A DNA stretch of 64,000 nt, from positions 1,788 through 65,787 of the forward strand of contig CAZKPK010000002.1 of assembly GCA_964554645.1 (NCBI GenBank). Direction: 5' to 3'. Each line of letters starts with the position of its first letter. Within the stretch, counting starts at the first letter, position 1. A model generated the notes under the pieces. It had not been told where the DNA came from and did not search any database. It worked only from the letters and a program-made list of their open reading frames with translations. This DNA comes from an uncultured Candidatus Saccharibacteria bacterium. GTDB lineage: Bacteria > Patescibacteriota > Minisyncoccia > Phycocordibacterales > UBA9973. Both the position numbers and the translations under genes were made by a program. Positions 1 to 8,864 of this stretch are shown here, piece by piece.

Positions 1-129
1 TACTATGACAGTTTTACTTTGAGTTTCTTGTTTTCTAAATTTTAAGTGACTGCCTTTTTGAGATATAAAAACAAAACCATTATTTTCTAGAATTTTTATT
101 ACTTGTCTAGAAGATAAAAGTTTAGGCAT
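1..129 (-). CDS. hicA: HicA family toxin (3' part outside window)
   Basis: Manual translation MPKLLSSRQVIKILENNGFVFISQKGSHLKFRK.. with the HicA GSH motif; start overlaps the hicB stop. Confidence 0.8.
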   Translation of the reverse strand, partial: MPKLLSSRQVIKILENNGFVFISQKGSHLKFRKQETQSKTVIV

Positions 130-340
130 AACTCAACGCTAAAGACATAAGTTCTGCGCTCTTTACTTCTTGTATCTTAGAAATTTTGGCATCTTCAAAA
201 TAAAGATCCAAAGCTTCACTTAAATTTTTCAGGGCCTCGTTTTTAGTTTTACCAAAACTAGAGATATCAATATTCAAACATTGAGAAACATAATATTTTC
301 CTTCTTTCCAAACCACATTTTGGAAGTTAAATTTCTTCAT
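122..340 (-). CDS. hicB: HicB family antitoxin (short form)
   Basis: VVWKEGKYYVSQCLNIDISSFGKTKNEALKNLSEAL is a typical HicB N-terminal domain; upstream of hicA. Confidence 0.8.
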   Translation of the reverse strand: MKKFNFQNVVWKEGKYYVSQCLNIDISSFGKTKNEALKNLSEALDLYFEDAKISKIQEVKSAELMSLALSYA

Positions 341-405
341 AAATATATTGTAGCATAACTTATTTATTTGGCAAACGGATGAATTTTAGGGTATGATGGA
401 AGCAT

Positions 406-891
406 ATGCGAGAATATGATCATAAAAAGATAGAACCTCAAAAAGGAATAACTGTTATAGAATTATTGGTGGTCTTGGCAGTGTTAGGTATTATAATGGC
501 AGTCGCGCTTCCGCAGTTTGCTAAAATAAAAGAAAATCAAGTGTTGAAAAATGGAGTTGGAGATATTTTATCGTCTCTAAACAAAGCGCGTTCGCAAACT
601 CTTTCGTCCTTAAATTCTTCGGAATACGGGGCGCATTTTCAATCCGATAAAGTTGTAATTTTTAAAGGCAGAGTTTTTTCGTCTGGGGATGCAAATAATG
701 AAAGTATTAGCGTCACAACGCCCGCCAGTATTACCAATGTTACCTTAGGTGGTGTGAGCGGAACTTTTGGCGATATGTATTTTAATCGTCTCTCTGGAAG
801 TCCAAGCGCGACTGGCGCCGTCACTATCTCTACCCCAAACTATTCAAAAATTATTTCAATTTCTGCCACTGGTATGGCGAGTGTGAATTAG
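406..891 (+). CDS. Type IV minor pilin, FimT/GspH-like
   Basis: Prepilin motif KG|ITVIELLVVLAVLGII followed by a hydrophobic helix. Confidence 0.8.
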   Translation: MREYDHKKIEPQKGITVIELLVVLAVLGIIMAVALPQFAKIKENQVLKNGVGDILSSLNKARSQTLSSLNSSEYGAHFQSDKVVIFKGRVFSSGDANNESISVTTPASITNVTLGGVSGTFGDMYFNRLSGSPSATGAVTISTPNYSKIISISATGMASVN

Positions 892-1434
892 GTGGGATTT
901 ACCCCCACACCTTTCCTTGCGTCGCAAAATTTGCCAGTCTATTATCTAGATATAAAAATGAAACATCTTTTAAAAAACATAATTCTCAGAAAAAATTCCT
1001 ATTTGGCGGGGGCAAAAACGCAAGGAAAGGTGTGGGGGTTTATGGTCGTTGAGGTATTGGTGGCTACCTCGATTATCACCGCTTCCATTTTGGCTACGAT
1101 GGTCGTCGCGCAAAAATCTGTTTATGTTGCTCGCCAAGCTCTTCATACAACCCAAGCAGCCTTTTTATTGGAAGAAGGAGCGGAAGCGGTCCGGATACTT
1201 AGAGACAATGCGTGGAGCAATATAGTTTCTCTTAATTCTTCGGAGTCCATAGGTATTTTTACCAGAACGGTTGTCGCTTCGAGTGTGAATCGTGATAATA
1301 CCACCAAAGATATATCTTCTACGGGCACGGACGATCCCGGAACAAAATTAGTGACCGTGGCAATATCTTGGCCAGAAGGGGGAGTGGTCGTGACCAAGAC
1401 TTTACAATTTTATATATCTGATATTTTTTCTTAA
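892..1434 (+). CDS. Type IV minor pilin, PilV-like (start may be ATG 958)
   Basis: WG|FMVVEVLVATSII prepilin motif; position in pilin cluster. Confidence 0.75.
   Translation: MGFTPTPFLASQNLPVYYLDIKMKHLLKNIILRKNSYLAGAKTQGKVWGFMVVEVLVATSIITASILATMVVAQKSVYVARQALHTTQAAFLLEEGAEAVRILRDNAWSNIVSLNSSESIGIFTRTVVASSVNRDNTTKDISSTGTDDPGTKLVTVAISWPEGGVVVTKTLQFYISDIFS
901..1039. mobile_element. MITE-like element with perfect 22-bp terminal inverted repeats
   Basis: acccccacacctttccttgcgt (901-922) and acgcaaggaaaggtgtgggggt (1018-1039). Confidence 0.65.
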
Positions 1435-1442
1435 CCAAAAAT

Positions 1443-2000
1443 ATGCCCAGCATGATTTTACTAAATCAAATGAAAAATTTTTTCAAACAAAAAAATAAAG
1501 GCCGAAAGGTCCTGAGCGAAGCGAAGGGTTATGCGATCCTAGAACTTCTTTTTTATATTGCCTTTTTTGCCATTTTTTCTTTGATAGTGATTAACGCAAT
1601 GATTACAATGACAAAATCATTTCGAGAAACTTCCATATACGGAGAATTGGCGCAAAGCGGAGTCATAATGGAAAGGATGTCTAGAGAAATTAGGCAAGCT
1701 TATGACATAAGCTCCATTGGCGCGAATAATTTAAAACTCAATACCAAAGATGATGCTGGCGCGAACAAAACAATAGAGTTTTTACTTTCTGGCTTTAATT
1801 TGCAACTTCTTGAGAATAATATTTTTACGGGGAATTTAAATGCGCCCAATATCGCTGTTACCGTCCTCGCTTTTTCACAAATAACCACTGTTAAAGGAAA
1901 AGCGGTCAAAATATTTCTGACAGTCAAGTCAAACAATGACGCGCTAAACCGCACTTTTGATTTTTATGACACGATTGTGCTAAGAGGAGCTTATCAATAA
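1443..2000 (+). CDS. Type IV minor pilin, PilW-like (start may be 1470)
   Basis: KG|YAILELLFYIAFF prepilin-like motif; ERMSREIRQA typical of PilW/GspJ-like proteins. Confidence 0.7.
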   Translation: MPSMILLNQMKNFFKQKNKGRKVLSEAKGYAILELLFYIAFFAIFSLIVINAMITMTKSFRETSIYGELAQSGVIMERMSREIRQAYDISSIGANNLKLNTKDDAGANKTIEFLLSGFNLQLLENNIFTGNLNAPNIAVTVLAFSQITTVKGKAVKIFLTVKSNNDALNRTFDFYDTIVLRGAYQ

Positions 2001-2001
2001 A

Positions 2002-3294
2002 ATGAAAAAATTAAATTTTAAAAAAATTAAGAAAAATAAAGGAGCGGCTATGCTGATCTCTGTCGTCTTTTTTCTTTTTATTTCTTTGGCGATAATTTCT
2101 GGGCTGGTAGGGCCAACAGTGCGTGAATTTAAAAATGTCACGATGAATTTTGATTCAAAAAAATCTTATTTTTTGGCCGAATCGGGAAGCGAAGACGCGC
2201 TTTATCGGATACTAAACAATCTGGCTATCGGGAGCAGCGAAACAATTACTTTAGATTCTAATTCGGCTACGACAACGGTTGACACTATTTTGGGTAATAA
2301 AGAAATTAGTTCACTTGGAGACGTGGGGAGCTTGCAACGAAAGACAAAGCTTGCGCTTTCCACCGGTCCGGGCGCTTCTTTTAACTATGGTGTGCAAGTT
2401 GGACAGGGAGGGCTTGTTTTAGAAAATACCGCCAGAATAACTGGCAATGTTTATTCCAGTGGAACTATCACTGTTTCTGACAATACTGTATATGGTGACG
2501 CTATTTCAGCTGGCGCAACGGGATTAATTAATAATATCCATACCACAGGCTCTGCTTATGCTCATACAATCCAAAATTCCGACATAGATATGGATGCTTA
2601 TTATGCGATAAAAACCAATACCACAGTTGGTGGAACTTCCTATCCAAATAGCCCAGATCAGCCTGTTGCTAGTATGCCGATTTCTGATAACCAGATTGCC
2701 GATCTGGAAGCTGACGCTCTGGCCGGGGGCATTTTCAGTTCGCCTTGTCCATACACGATTAACTCCGATAGAACATTAGGTCCCGTAAAAATAACTTGTG
2801 ATTTGGAAATTAGCGGCGATCCCACCGTTACCCTTAATGGCTCGGTATGGGTTACTGGTAACGTTTTAATACAAAATAGCGCCATTATTGAAGCTTCCGC
2901 CGATTTGGGAAACAAGAGTGTTGCCATTATCGCTGATAATCCAAACAACAGAACATCAAGCAGTCAAATTGATTTAAAAAATAGTTCTCAATTTTCCGGT
3001 TCCGGATCTGCCGGCTCATTTGTCTTTTTGATCTCTCAAAACAATAGCGCTGAATTGGGAGGAGACGAAGATGCTATTTCTATGGACAACTCTTCCAGCG
3101 GGTCTGTAGTTTTGTATGCCGGTCATGGTTTAATAAACATCCAAAATAGCGCTACCTTGAAAGAGGTGACGGGATACAAATTAAAAGTTAAAAATTCAGC
3201 CAATATTATTTATGATACTGGATTAACGAGCACTTTATTCACATCGGGTCCGGGAGGAGGATACGAAATAATTGGCTGGAAAGAAAGTCAATAA
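2002..3294 (+). CDS. PilX-like minor pilin with C-terminal beta-rich domain
   Basis: KG|AAMLISVVFF and SYFLAESGSEDALYRI PilX-type N-terminus; ends W-x-E. Confidence 0.7.
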   Translation: MKKLNFKKIKKNKGAAMLISVVFFLFISLAIISGLVGPTVREFKNVTMNFDSKKSYFLAESGSEDALYRILNNLAIGSSETITLDSNSATTTVDTILGNKEISSLGDVGSLQRKTKLALSTGPGASFNYGVQVGQGGLVLENTARITGNVYSSGTITVSDNTVYGDAISAGATGLINNIHTTGSAYAHTIQNSDIDMDAYYAIKTNTTVGGTSYPNSPDQPVASMPISDNQIADLEADALAGGIFSSPCPYTINSDRTLGPVKITCDLEISGDPTVTLNGSVWVTGNVLIQNSAIIEASADLGNKSVAIIADNPNNRTSSSQIDLKNSSQFSGSGSAGSFVFLISQNNSAELGGDEDAISMDNSSSGSVVLYAGHGLINIQNSATLKEVTGYKLKVKNSANIIYDTGLTSTLFTSGPGGGYEIIGWKESQ

Positions 3295-3336
3295 ATTAGG
3301 TTGTAGTTTCTAGGTTCTAGGTGCTAGAATAGACAA

Positions 3337-4104
3337 ATGTCTAAAAAAATTATTATCGGCAATTGGAAAATGAATCCGCCCACCTTGAAAGAAGCGGAGA
3401 AATTGTTTGCTGACGTGGCGAAAGGTGTTTCGGCGGTAAAAAAAACGGAAATCGTCATATGCCCGCCGTTTATCTACTTAAATAAATTAACAAAAATTAA
3501 AACTGATAAAATAAAGCTCGGCGCGCAGAATGTTTTTTATGAAGAGGCGGGGGCTTATACCGGAGAAGTTTCGGCCCTCATGCTAGAGAACATCGGGGTA
3601 AAATATGTTCTAGTTGGACACTCGAAAAGGCGAGAGCTGGGGGAAACGAATTTTGATGTTAACCGGAAAGTAAAAGTTTCACTGCAAGTGGGGCTTGCGC
3701 CGATACTTTGTGTGGGAGAAAATTTACGGGACGAAAATCATGATTATTTTAAGCTGGTCGAGACCCAAGTTGTTGAATCGCTGGAAGGTGTTTCCAAAGA
3801 CTTTCTCTCCAAAATCATCATTGCTTATGAACCCGTTTGGGCGATTTCTACCACCCCCAACCGCCAGGATGCCACCCCGCATGATTCTGAAGAAATGGCT
3901 ATTTTTATAAAAAGAATTCTGGTTGATAAGTTCGGCGTAAAAATTAAAATGCCAAAAATTATTTATGGAGGAGATATAAATGAAAAAAACATCGGGGAGT
4001 TTTTAAAAGCTGGCGGAGTCGAAGGCGCGCTGATTGGTCGCGCGAGCCTAGATGTGAAAAAATTTATAGAGATTGTTAAAATATGCGAAGCCTTGAGCAA
4101 ATAA
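3337..4104 (+). CDS. tpiA: Triosephosphate isomerase
   Basis: GNWKMN, GAYTGEVS, GHS, AYEPVWAI motifs. Confidence 0.95.
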   Translation: MSKKIIIGNWKMNPPTLKEAEKLFADVAKGVSAVKKTEIVICPPFIYLNKLTKIKTDKIKLGAQNVFYEEAGAYTGEVSALMLENIGVKYVLVGHSKRRELGETNFDVNRKVKVSLQVGLAPILCVGENLRDENHDYFKLVETQVVESLEGVSKDFLSKIIIAYEPVWAISTTPNRQDATPHDSEEMAIFIKRILVDKFGVKIKMPKIIYGGDINEKNIGEFLKAGGVEGALIGRASLDVKKFIEIVKICEALSK

Positions 4105-5180
4105 AAGACATCAAAGACAAAACTGTAATCGTGCGGGTGGATTTTAACGTGCCCATCAAGAACGATGAAGTAGAAGATGATTTTAAGATTAGAGCGGCAT
4201 TACCGACGATAAATTTTTTATTAAAAAAAGGCGCGAAAATTATTTTGGTTACCCACTTAGGCAAAAGCCTGTCCGCCTCTGGCGGAATGGTAGCCAACCT
4301 AGAGCCAGTTATTCAACGTTTTTGGGAAGTGGCTAAGTTTAAAAAAGATCGGATAGAATTTTTTGAAAATGCGCGAAAATTTCCGGGGGAAGAAAAAAAT
4401 GACCCTGTTTTTGCAAAAAAGCTTGCCCGCTTGGGTGATATTTATGTGAACGACGCTTTTTCTGTTTCACACAGAGAACATGCTTCTATTGTTTTATTAC
4501 CAAAACTTCTTCCATCTTATGCCGGATTCCAGCTGGAGAAAGAAATAAAAAATTTATCTCGCGCTTTTGAAAAACCGAAGCACCCGTTTTTATTTATTTT
4601 GGGCGGCGCGAAGTTTTCTACTAAAATACCCTTGATTGAAAAATATTTAAAATTGGCCGACCAAGTTTTTGTCGGTGGAGCGTTGGCGCATAACTTTTTT
4701 AGAGCGAAAGGTTATGAGGTGGGGCAATCTTTTATCAATGATCCAAATTATGAAATTAAAAAATTGTTTAAAAATGAAAAATTAATTTTACCAGTTGACG
4801 TGATTGTAAGGTCTGGGAATAAATTAATTAATAAAAGAGCAAATCAGGTTGGGAAAAATGAAATTATTTTAGATATTGGGGCTGAAACGGTAAAAAATCT
4901 GGCATCCATGATTAAAAAATCAAAATTTATTCTCTGGAATGGTCCGCTTGGTAAATATGAGGATAAGGGAGGCAAAGCCACTAAACAAGTTTTAGAATTC
5001 GTCCTAAAATCAAAAGCGGAAATTATAATTGGGGGAGGGGATATCGTGTCTGTTTTTTCTTCGCTAAAACCTAGTAGCTCTCAGCTAGAACCTAATTTAT
5101 TTGTATCTACTGGCGGCGGAGCGACACTGGATTTTCTGGCAAATGGCACTCTCCCGGGCATCAAAGCCCTCCTTCGTTGA
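4083..5180 (+). CDS. pgk: Phosphoglycerate kinase
   Basis: RVDFNVP, YVNDAF, LGGAK, WNGPLG, GGGD, STGGGA motifs. Confidence 0.95.
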   Translation: MRSLEQIKDIKDKTVIVRVDFNVPIKNDEVEDDFKIRAALPTINFLLKKGAKIILVTHLGKSLSASGGMVANLEPVIQRFWEVAKFKKDRIEFFENARKFPGEEKNDPVFAKKLARLGDIYVNDAFSVSHREHASIVLLPKLLPSYAGFQLEKEIKNLSRAFEKPKHPFLFILGGAKFSTKIPLIEKYLKLADQVFVGGALAHNFFRAKGYEVGQSFINDPNYEIKKLFKNEKLILPVDVIVRSGNKLINKRANQVGKNEIILDIGAETVKNLASMIKKSKFILWNGPLGKYEDKGGKATKQVLEFVLKSKAEIIIGGGDIVSVFSSLKPSSSQLEPNLFVSTGGGATLDFLANGTLPGIKALLR

Positions 5181-5182
5181 AA

Positions 5183-5602
5183 CTACGGGCGGGCAAGCGC
5201 TTGAGTAATTTTTTTTACCACCACTTTCTCTTCGCCTTTTTGATATAGCCTTTTCCCATGCCACGAGCCAAAACCATCGTTGGCAATTCTCGGAATTACA
5301 TGGATATGCGAATGAAAAACTGCTTGTCCCGCAGCTGGATCATTGTTTATCGTTACATTTATACCGTCGGCGTTTAACCCTTCTTTGATTGCGTGAGATA
5401 TTTTTTTTACAGTTTTCATCATATCCAATAATATTTCTTCCGGAGTTTCATATATATTAATGTAATGTTTTCTCGGTATAACCAAGGAATGTCCAATATT
5501 TACCGGAGTGATGTCTAAAAAAGCCAAAGTGGTTTTATCTTCGTATACCTTTTGACATGGTATTTCTCCTTTAACTATTTTACAAAAAATGCAGTCTGAC
5601 AT
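5183..5602 (-). CDS. HIT family nucleotide hydrolase
   Basis: CIFCKI N-terminus and HSHIHVIPR histidine triad. Confidence 0.92.
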   Translation of the reverse strand: MSDCIFCKIVKGEIPCQKVYEDKTTLAFLDITPVNIGHSLVIPRKHYINIYETPEEILLDMMKTVKKISHAIKEGLNADGINVTINNDPAAGQAVFHSHIHVIPRIANDGFGSWHGKRLYQKGEEKVVVKKITQALARP

Positions 5603-5638
5603 ACTGCTATTATAGCAAACTGTGGTAAAATTTCATTT

Positions 5639-7366
5639 ATGTCTGAATTACTTGATATTTTGCTTGAAAAAAGAGGAATTGTGGATTCAGCGCAAGCGGA
5701 AATTTTTTTGAACCCAGATTACAAGCGAGATTTATACGACCCTTTTCTGATGAAAGATATGGAAAAAGCTTGTGTTCGTCTTTTTGAAGCAATAGAAGCA
5801 AAAGAAAAAATAGTTATTTACGCGGATTATGATTGCGATGGAATTCCGGGAGCCGTTATTTTGACTGACTTATTTAAGTTATTAAACATACCTGTTGAAG
5901 TTTACCCCCACACCAAATCTTTTGGTGTGGGGGTGTATATTCCGCAAAGAAATTCTGAAGGTTACGGGTTGAATCTTGATGCGATAAAAATTTTTGCCAA
6001 GTCTGAAGTGAAACTTCTAATAACCGTTGACCTTGGCATTACTGCAGTTGCCGAAGTGGCTCAAGCAGAGGTAGATGGTATCGATGTGATAATTACCGAT
6101 CATCATTTACCTCGCCAAAGCTCAAGCGACGGCGGGCCCGCCTTCGATCTTCCCAGAGCTTACGCGATTTTAAATCCAAAAGTGGATAATTATCCGGAAA
6201 AAATGTTGTGCGGGGCAGGTGTGGCATTTAAATTAGCGCAAGGATTCATAAAAAAGTATGGAGAATATTTTAAAATCAAAGATGGCGCGGAAAAATGGAT
6301 GCTGGATATGGCGGGTTTGGCGACGCTTTCTGATATGGTTCCGCTTCTGGGAGAAAACAGGGCTCTGGCGTATTTCGGAGTGAAAGTTTTGAAAAAATCT
6401 CCCCGTCCGGGCTTACAAAAACTTCTGGCAAAAATGAATATTGATCAGAGATATCTTTCGGAAGATGATATTGGTTTTATGATTACCCCCAGACTAAACG
6501 CGGCTTCCAGAATGGGCGATCCAATGCGGGCATTTGAACTTCTGGCGACCGAAGATGAAACGGAAGCCGGCGCGCTCGCAGACCATTTATCTGCAATAAA
6601 TGACGAAAGAAAAACTATCGTTACGGGAATTATGCGCGAAGTCAACAAGAAGTTTCAAAAGCGCGAGTCTCGGGAGGTAATAGTGATAGGCAATCCAAAT
6701 TGGCGCGTGGGAGTTTTAGGGCTGGTGGCCGGGAAAATTTCCGATGAATGTCAAAAACCTGTTTTTGTTTGGGGGAAGGATGAAAACGATTGCATTAAAG
6801 GTTCTTGCCGGAGCGATGGCTCGGTATCCATAGTAGAACTTATGACCGCGACCAGCGAATCATTCATAGATTTCGGCGGACACGAACTGGCTGGAGGATT
6901 TACTGTCCGCAATGATAAAATTCATTTTTTGGAAGAGGCTTTATCTGCGACTTTTAATAAAATGCAAAATTCAGAAAAAGGACAGTCCTTAAAGAATTCA
7001 AAAAGGACAGTCCTTGAAAAAGCTGATTTTGGTGGAGATTTAGATATTGTAAGTATGAAAAATTGGCGAGAAATAGAAAAAATGTCGCCTTTTGGTTTAG
7101 GAAATCCCAAGCCCGTTTTTCTCTTTCCTAATGTCAAAATAGAAAAAATAAAAAAATTCGGCAAAAATGGTTCTGGCGAACATCTGGAAATTACCTTTTC
7201 CGATTCTAGTAAAAATAAAGCGAAAGCTGTTTCTTTTTTTTCTAACATTGATTCTTTTAAAAACACTCTAGCAGAAGGATTAGCCGTGAGCCTGCTCGCT
7301 ACTTTTGATCTATCTAGATTTCGAGGCAGAGAAGAGTTAAGATTAAGAATTGTTGATATACTTTAA
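5639..7366 (+). CDS. recJ: ssDNA-specific exonuclease RecJ
   Basis: DYDCDG, TDHH, PRLNAASR, GGH (DHH/DHHA1) motifs. Confidence 0.93.
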   Translation: MSELLDILLEKRGIVDSAQAEIFLNPDYKRDLYDPFLMKDMEKACVRLFEAIEAKEKIVIYADYDCDGIPGAVILTDLFKLLNIPVEVYPHTKSFGVGVYIPQRNSEGYGLNLDAIKIFAKSEVKLLITVDLGITAVAEVAQAEVDGIDVIITDHHLPRQSSSDGGPAFDLPRAYAILNPKVDNYPEKMLCGAGVAFKLAQGFIKKYGEYFKIKDGAEKWMLDMAGLATLSDMVPLLGENRALAYFGVKVLKKSPRPGLQKLLAKMNIDQRYLSEDDIGFMITPRLNAASRMGDPMRAFELLATEDETEAGALADHLSAINDERKTIVTGIMREVNKKFQKRESREVIVIGNPNWRVGVLGLVAGKISDECQKPVFVWGKDENDCIKGSCRSDGSVSIVELMTATSESFIDFGGHELAGGFTVRNDKIHFLEEALSATFNKMQNSEKGQSLKNSKRTVLEKADFGGDLDIVSMKNWREIEKMSPFGLGNPKPVFLFPNVKIEKIKKFGKNGSGEHLEITFSDSSKNKAKAVSFFSNIDSFKNTLAEGLAVSLLATFDLSRFRGREELRLRIVDIL

Positions 7367-7368
7367 AT

Positions 7369-7857
7369 ATGTCCAAGAAAGAAGAAATAAAAATTTATAC
7401 CGATGGGGCGGCGAAGGGGAATCCGGGACGTGCTGGCTGGGGCGCTGTATTTTTATTTGGCAAAAAAATCTTGGAAATCGGCGGGGGAATAGATCATGCC
7501 ACAAATAATCAAATGGAATTAACTGCTCCAATAGAGGCTTTAAAATATGTTAAAGATGGTATGTCAAAGAGACACTTTGACATTAAGGAAATAGAAATCA
7601 TTTCTGATTCAAAATATGTGATTTTGGGAATCACTGAATGGATTTTTAATTGGCAGAAAAATAATTGGCGAAATGCCAATAAAAAACCGGTTTTGAATCG
7701 CGAACTCTGGGAAGAACTCTATGAGCTTACGCAAGAATTAAAGCCGAAATGGACGTATGTCAAAGGACACAATGAAAATAAATATAATGACCGCGCCGAT
7801 TTCATCGCCACCAGTTTTGCCGAAGGCGAACCAGTGGAATTTCTAAATGCGAGATAA
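7369..7857 (+). CDS. rnhA: Ribonuclease HI
   Basis: YTDGA, TNNQMEL, SDSKY, VKGH, NDRAD motifs. Confidence 0.95.
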   Translation: MSKKEEIKIYTDGAAKGNPGRAGWGAVFLFGKKILEIGGGIDHATNNQMELTAPIEALKYVKDGMSKRHFDIKEIEIISDSKYVILGITEWIFNWQKNNWRNANKKPVLNRELWEELYELTQELKPKWTYVKGHNENKYNDRADFIATSFAEGEPVEFLNAR

Positions 7858-8152
7858 AATTTTTTATGCAATTTGTTTTGGTTTTATTTTCGGAGTGCTG
7901 TTGCGCTCTTTTTTATTTATGAATGTTTATTTTGCTATTTTATTTAGTTTAATTTCTTTTGCACTGATTTTATTTTTCTTCGTCCGCCGGAGCTTTAGCG
8001 AAGGAGGATCCTTTACTTCTTTTAATAAATGGGGAATTATAACTTCCGTTTTTGTTCTGACATTCTCACTTGGAATTTTTAGATTTCAGATGCTTGTAGC
8101 CATCCGACGACTCCAATTCGATATTAGTTTTCCACAGCTATGCTTGCACTGA
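7847..8152 (+). pseudogene. Truncated 5' duplicate of comEC
   Basis: 7844-8096 aligns with 8862-9084 (MRDKIFYAICFGFIFG..LTFSLGIFRFQM), then diverges and stops. Confidence 0.8.
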
Positions 8153-8178
8153 AGGTCATCTTAAGTTAAACTTTAAAC

Positions 8179-8445
8179 ATGATTACAAAAACAAAAAATA
8201 TGACCAATATTATTGGTTTTAAGGAGCTTCGACAAAATGCGGATAAATATATTTCTGCCGTAGAAAAAGGCAGGACTTTTACTGTTGTTCGGCGTTCAAG
8301 ACCAATATTTAAAATGATGCCAGTTGACGAGTGGGGGGATGAAGGAGTCTGGGAAACGGTTGTTGATTTCACTAAATTAAAAAAAGGCGGAGTAAAAGCC
8401 GAGGAAGTTCTTGCCAGCTTGAAGCGTCTCGCGGCATATGAATAA
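8179..8445 (+). CDS. Phd/YefM-type antitoxin
   Basis: IIGFKELRQNADKYISAVEKGRTFTVVRRSRP is a Phd-like N-terminus; overlaps the downstream toxin start. Confidence 0.7.
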   Translation: MITKTKNMTNIIGFKELRQNADKYISAVEKGRTFTVVRRSRPIFKMMPVDEWGDEGVWETVVDFTKLKKGGVKAEEVLASLKRLAAYE

Positions 8446-8673
8446 AATTGATAAATTTCTTTTTAAACTGGACAAGAAAATTCGCGCAGTTGCGATGGTG
8501 GCAATTGCTTCAATTTTAAAAAGAGATACATCAATGCTCAATATAAAAAATTAAAAGGAAGTGAAAATAGATATAGAGTGAGAGTTGGTAGAATACGAAT
8601 TACCTTTGACCAGACAAATTACGGAAACAAAATACAGGATATTTCTTTCCGCAACGATAATACATATAACTAA
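8438..8673 (+). pseudogene. RelE/ParE-like toxin, frameshifted
   Basis: MNKIDKFLFKLDKK..NIK / KLKGSENRYRVRVGRIRITF; one A missing in the A-run near 8545-8550. Confidence 0.7.
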
Positions 8674-8864
8674 TATCAAAAATTGACAGCCGGGTGAAGA
8701 TGATGACATTATTGCGTTTAGGTAAAGGAAATTAAGGGCTTTTTAACAATCCCGACGACCATCGGGACAAGTTTAATAATTTGACAATTGGGTCCCTGGC
8801 CATTTTATGGCCAGGATTTTTGGGTATTATGCCGAAAATTTCGTAAATTTGTTATACTTTTTAA

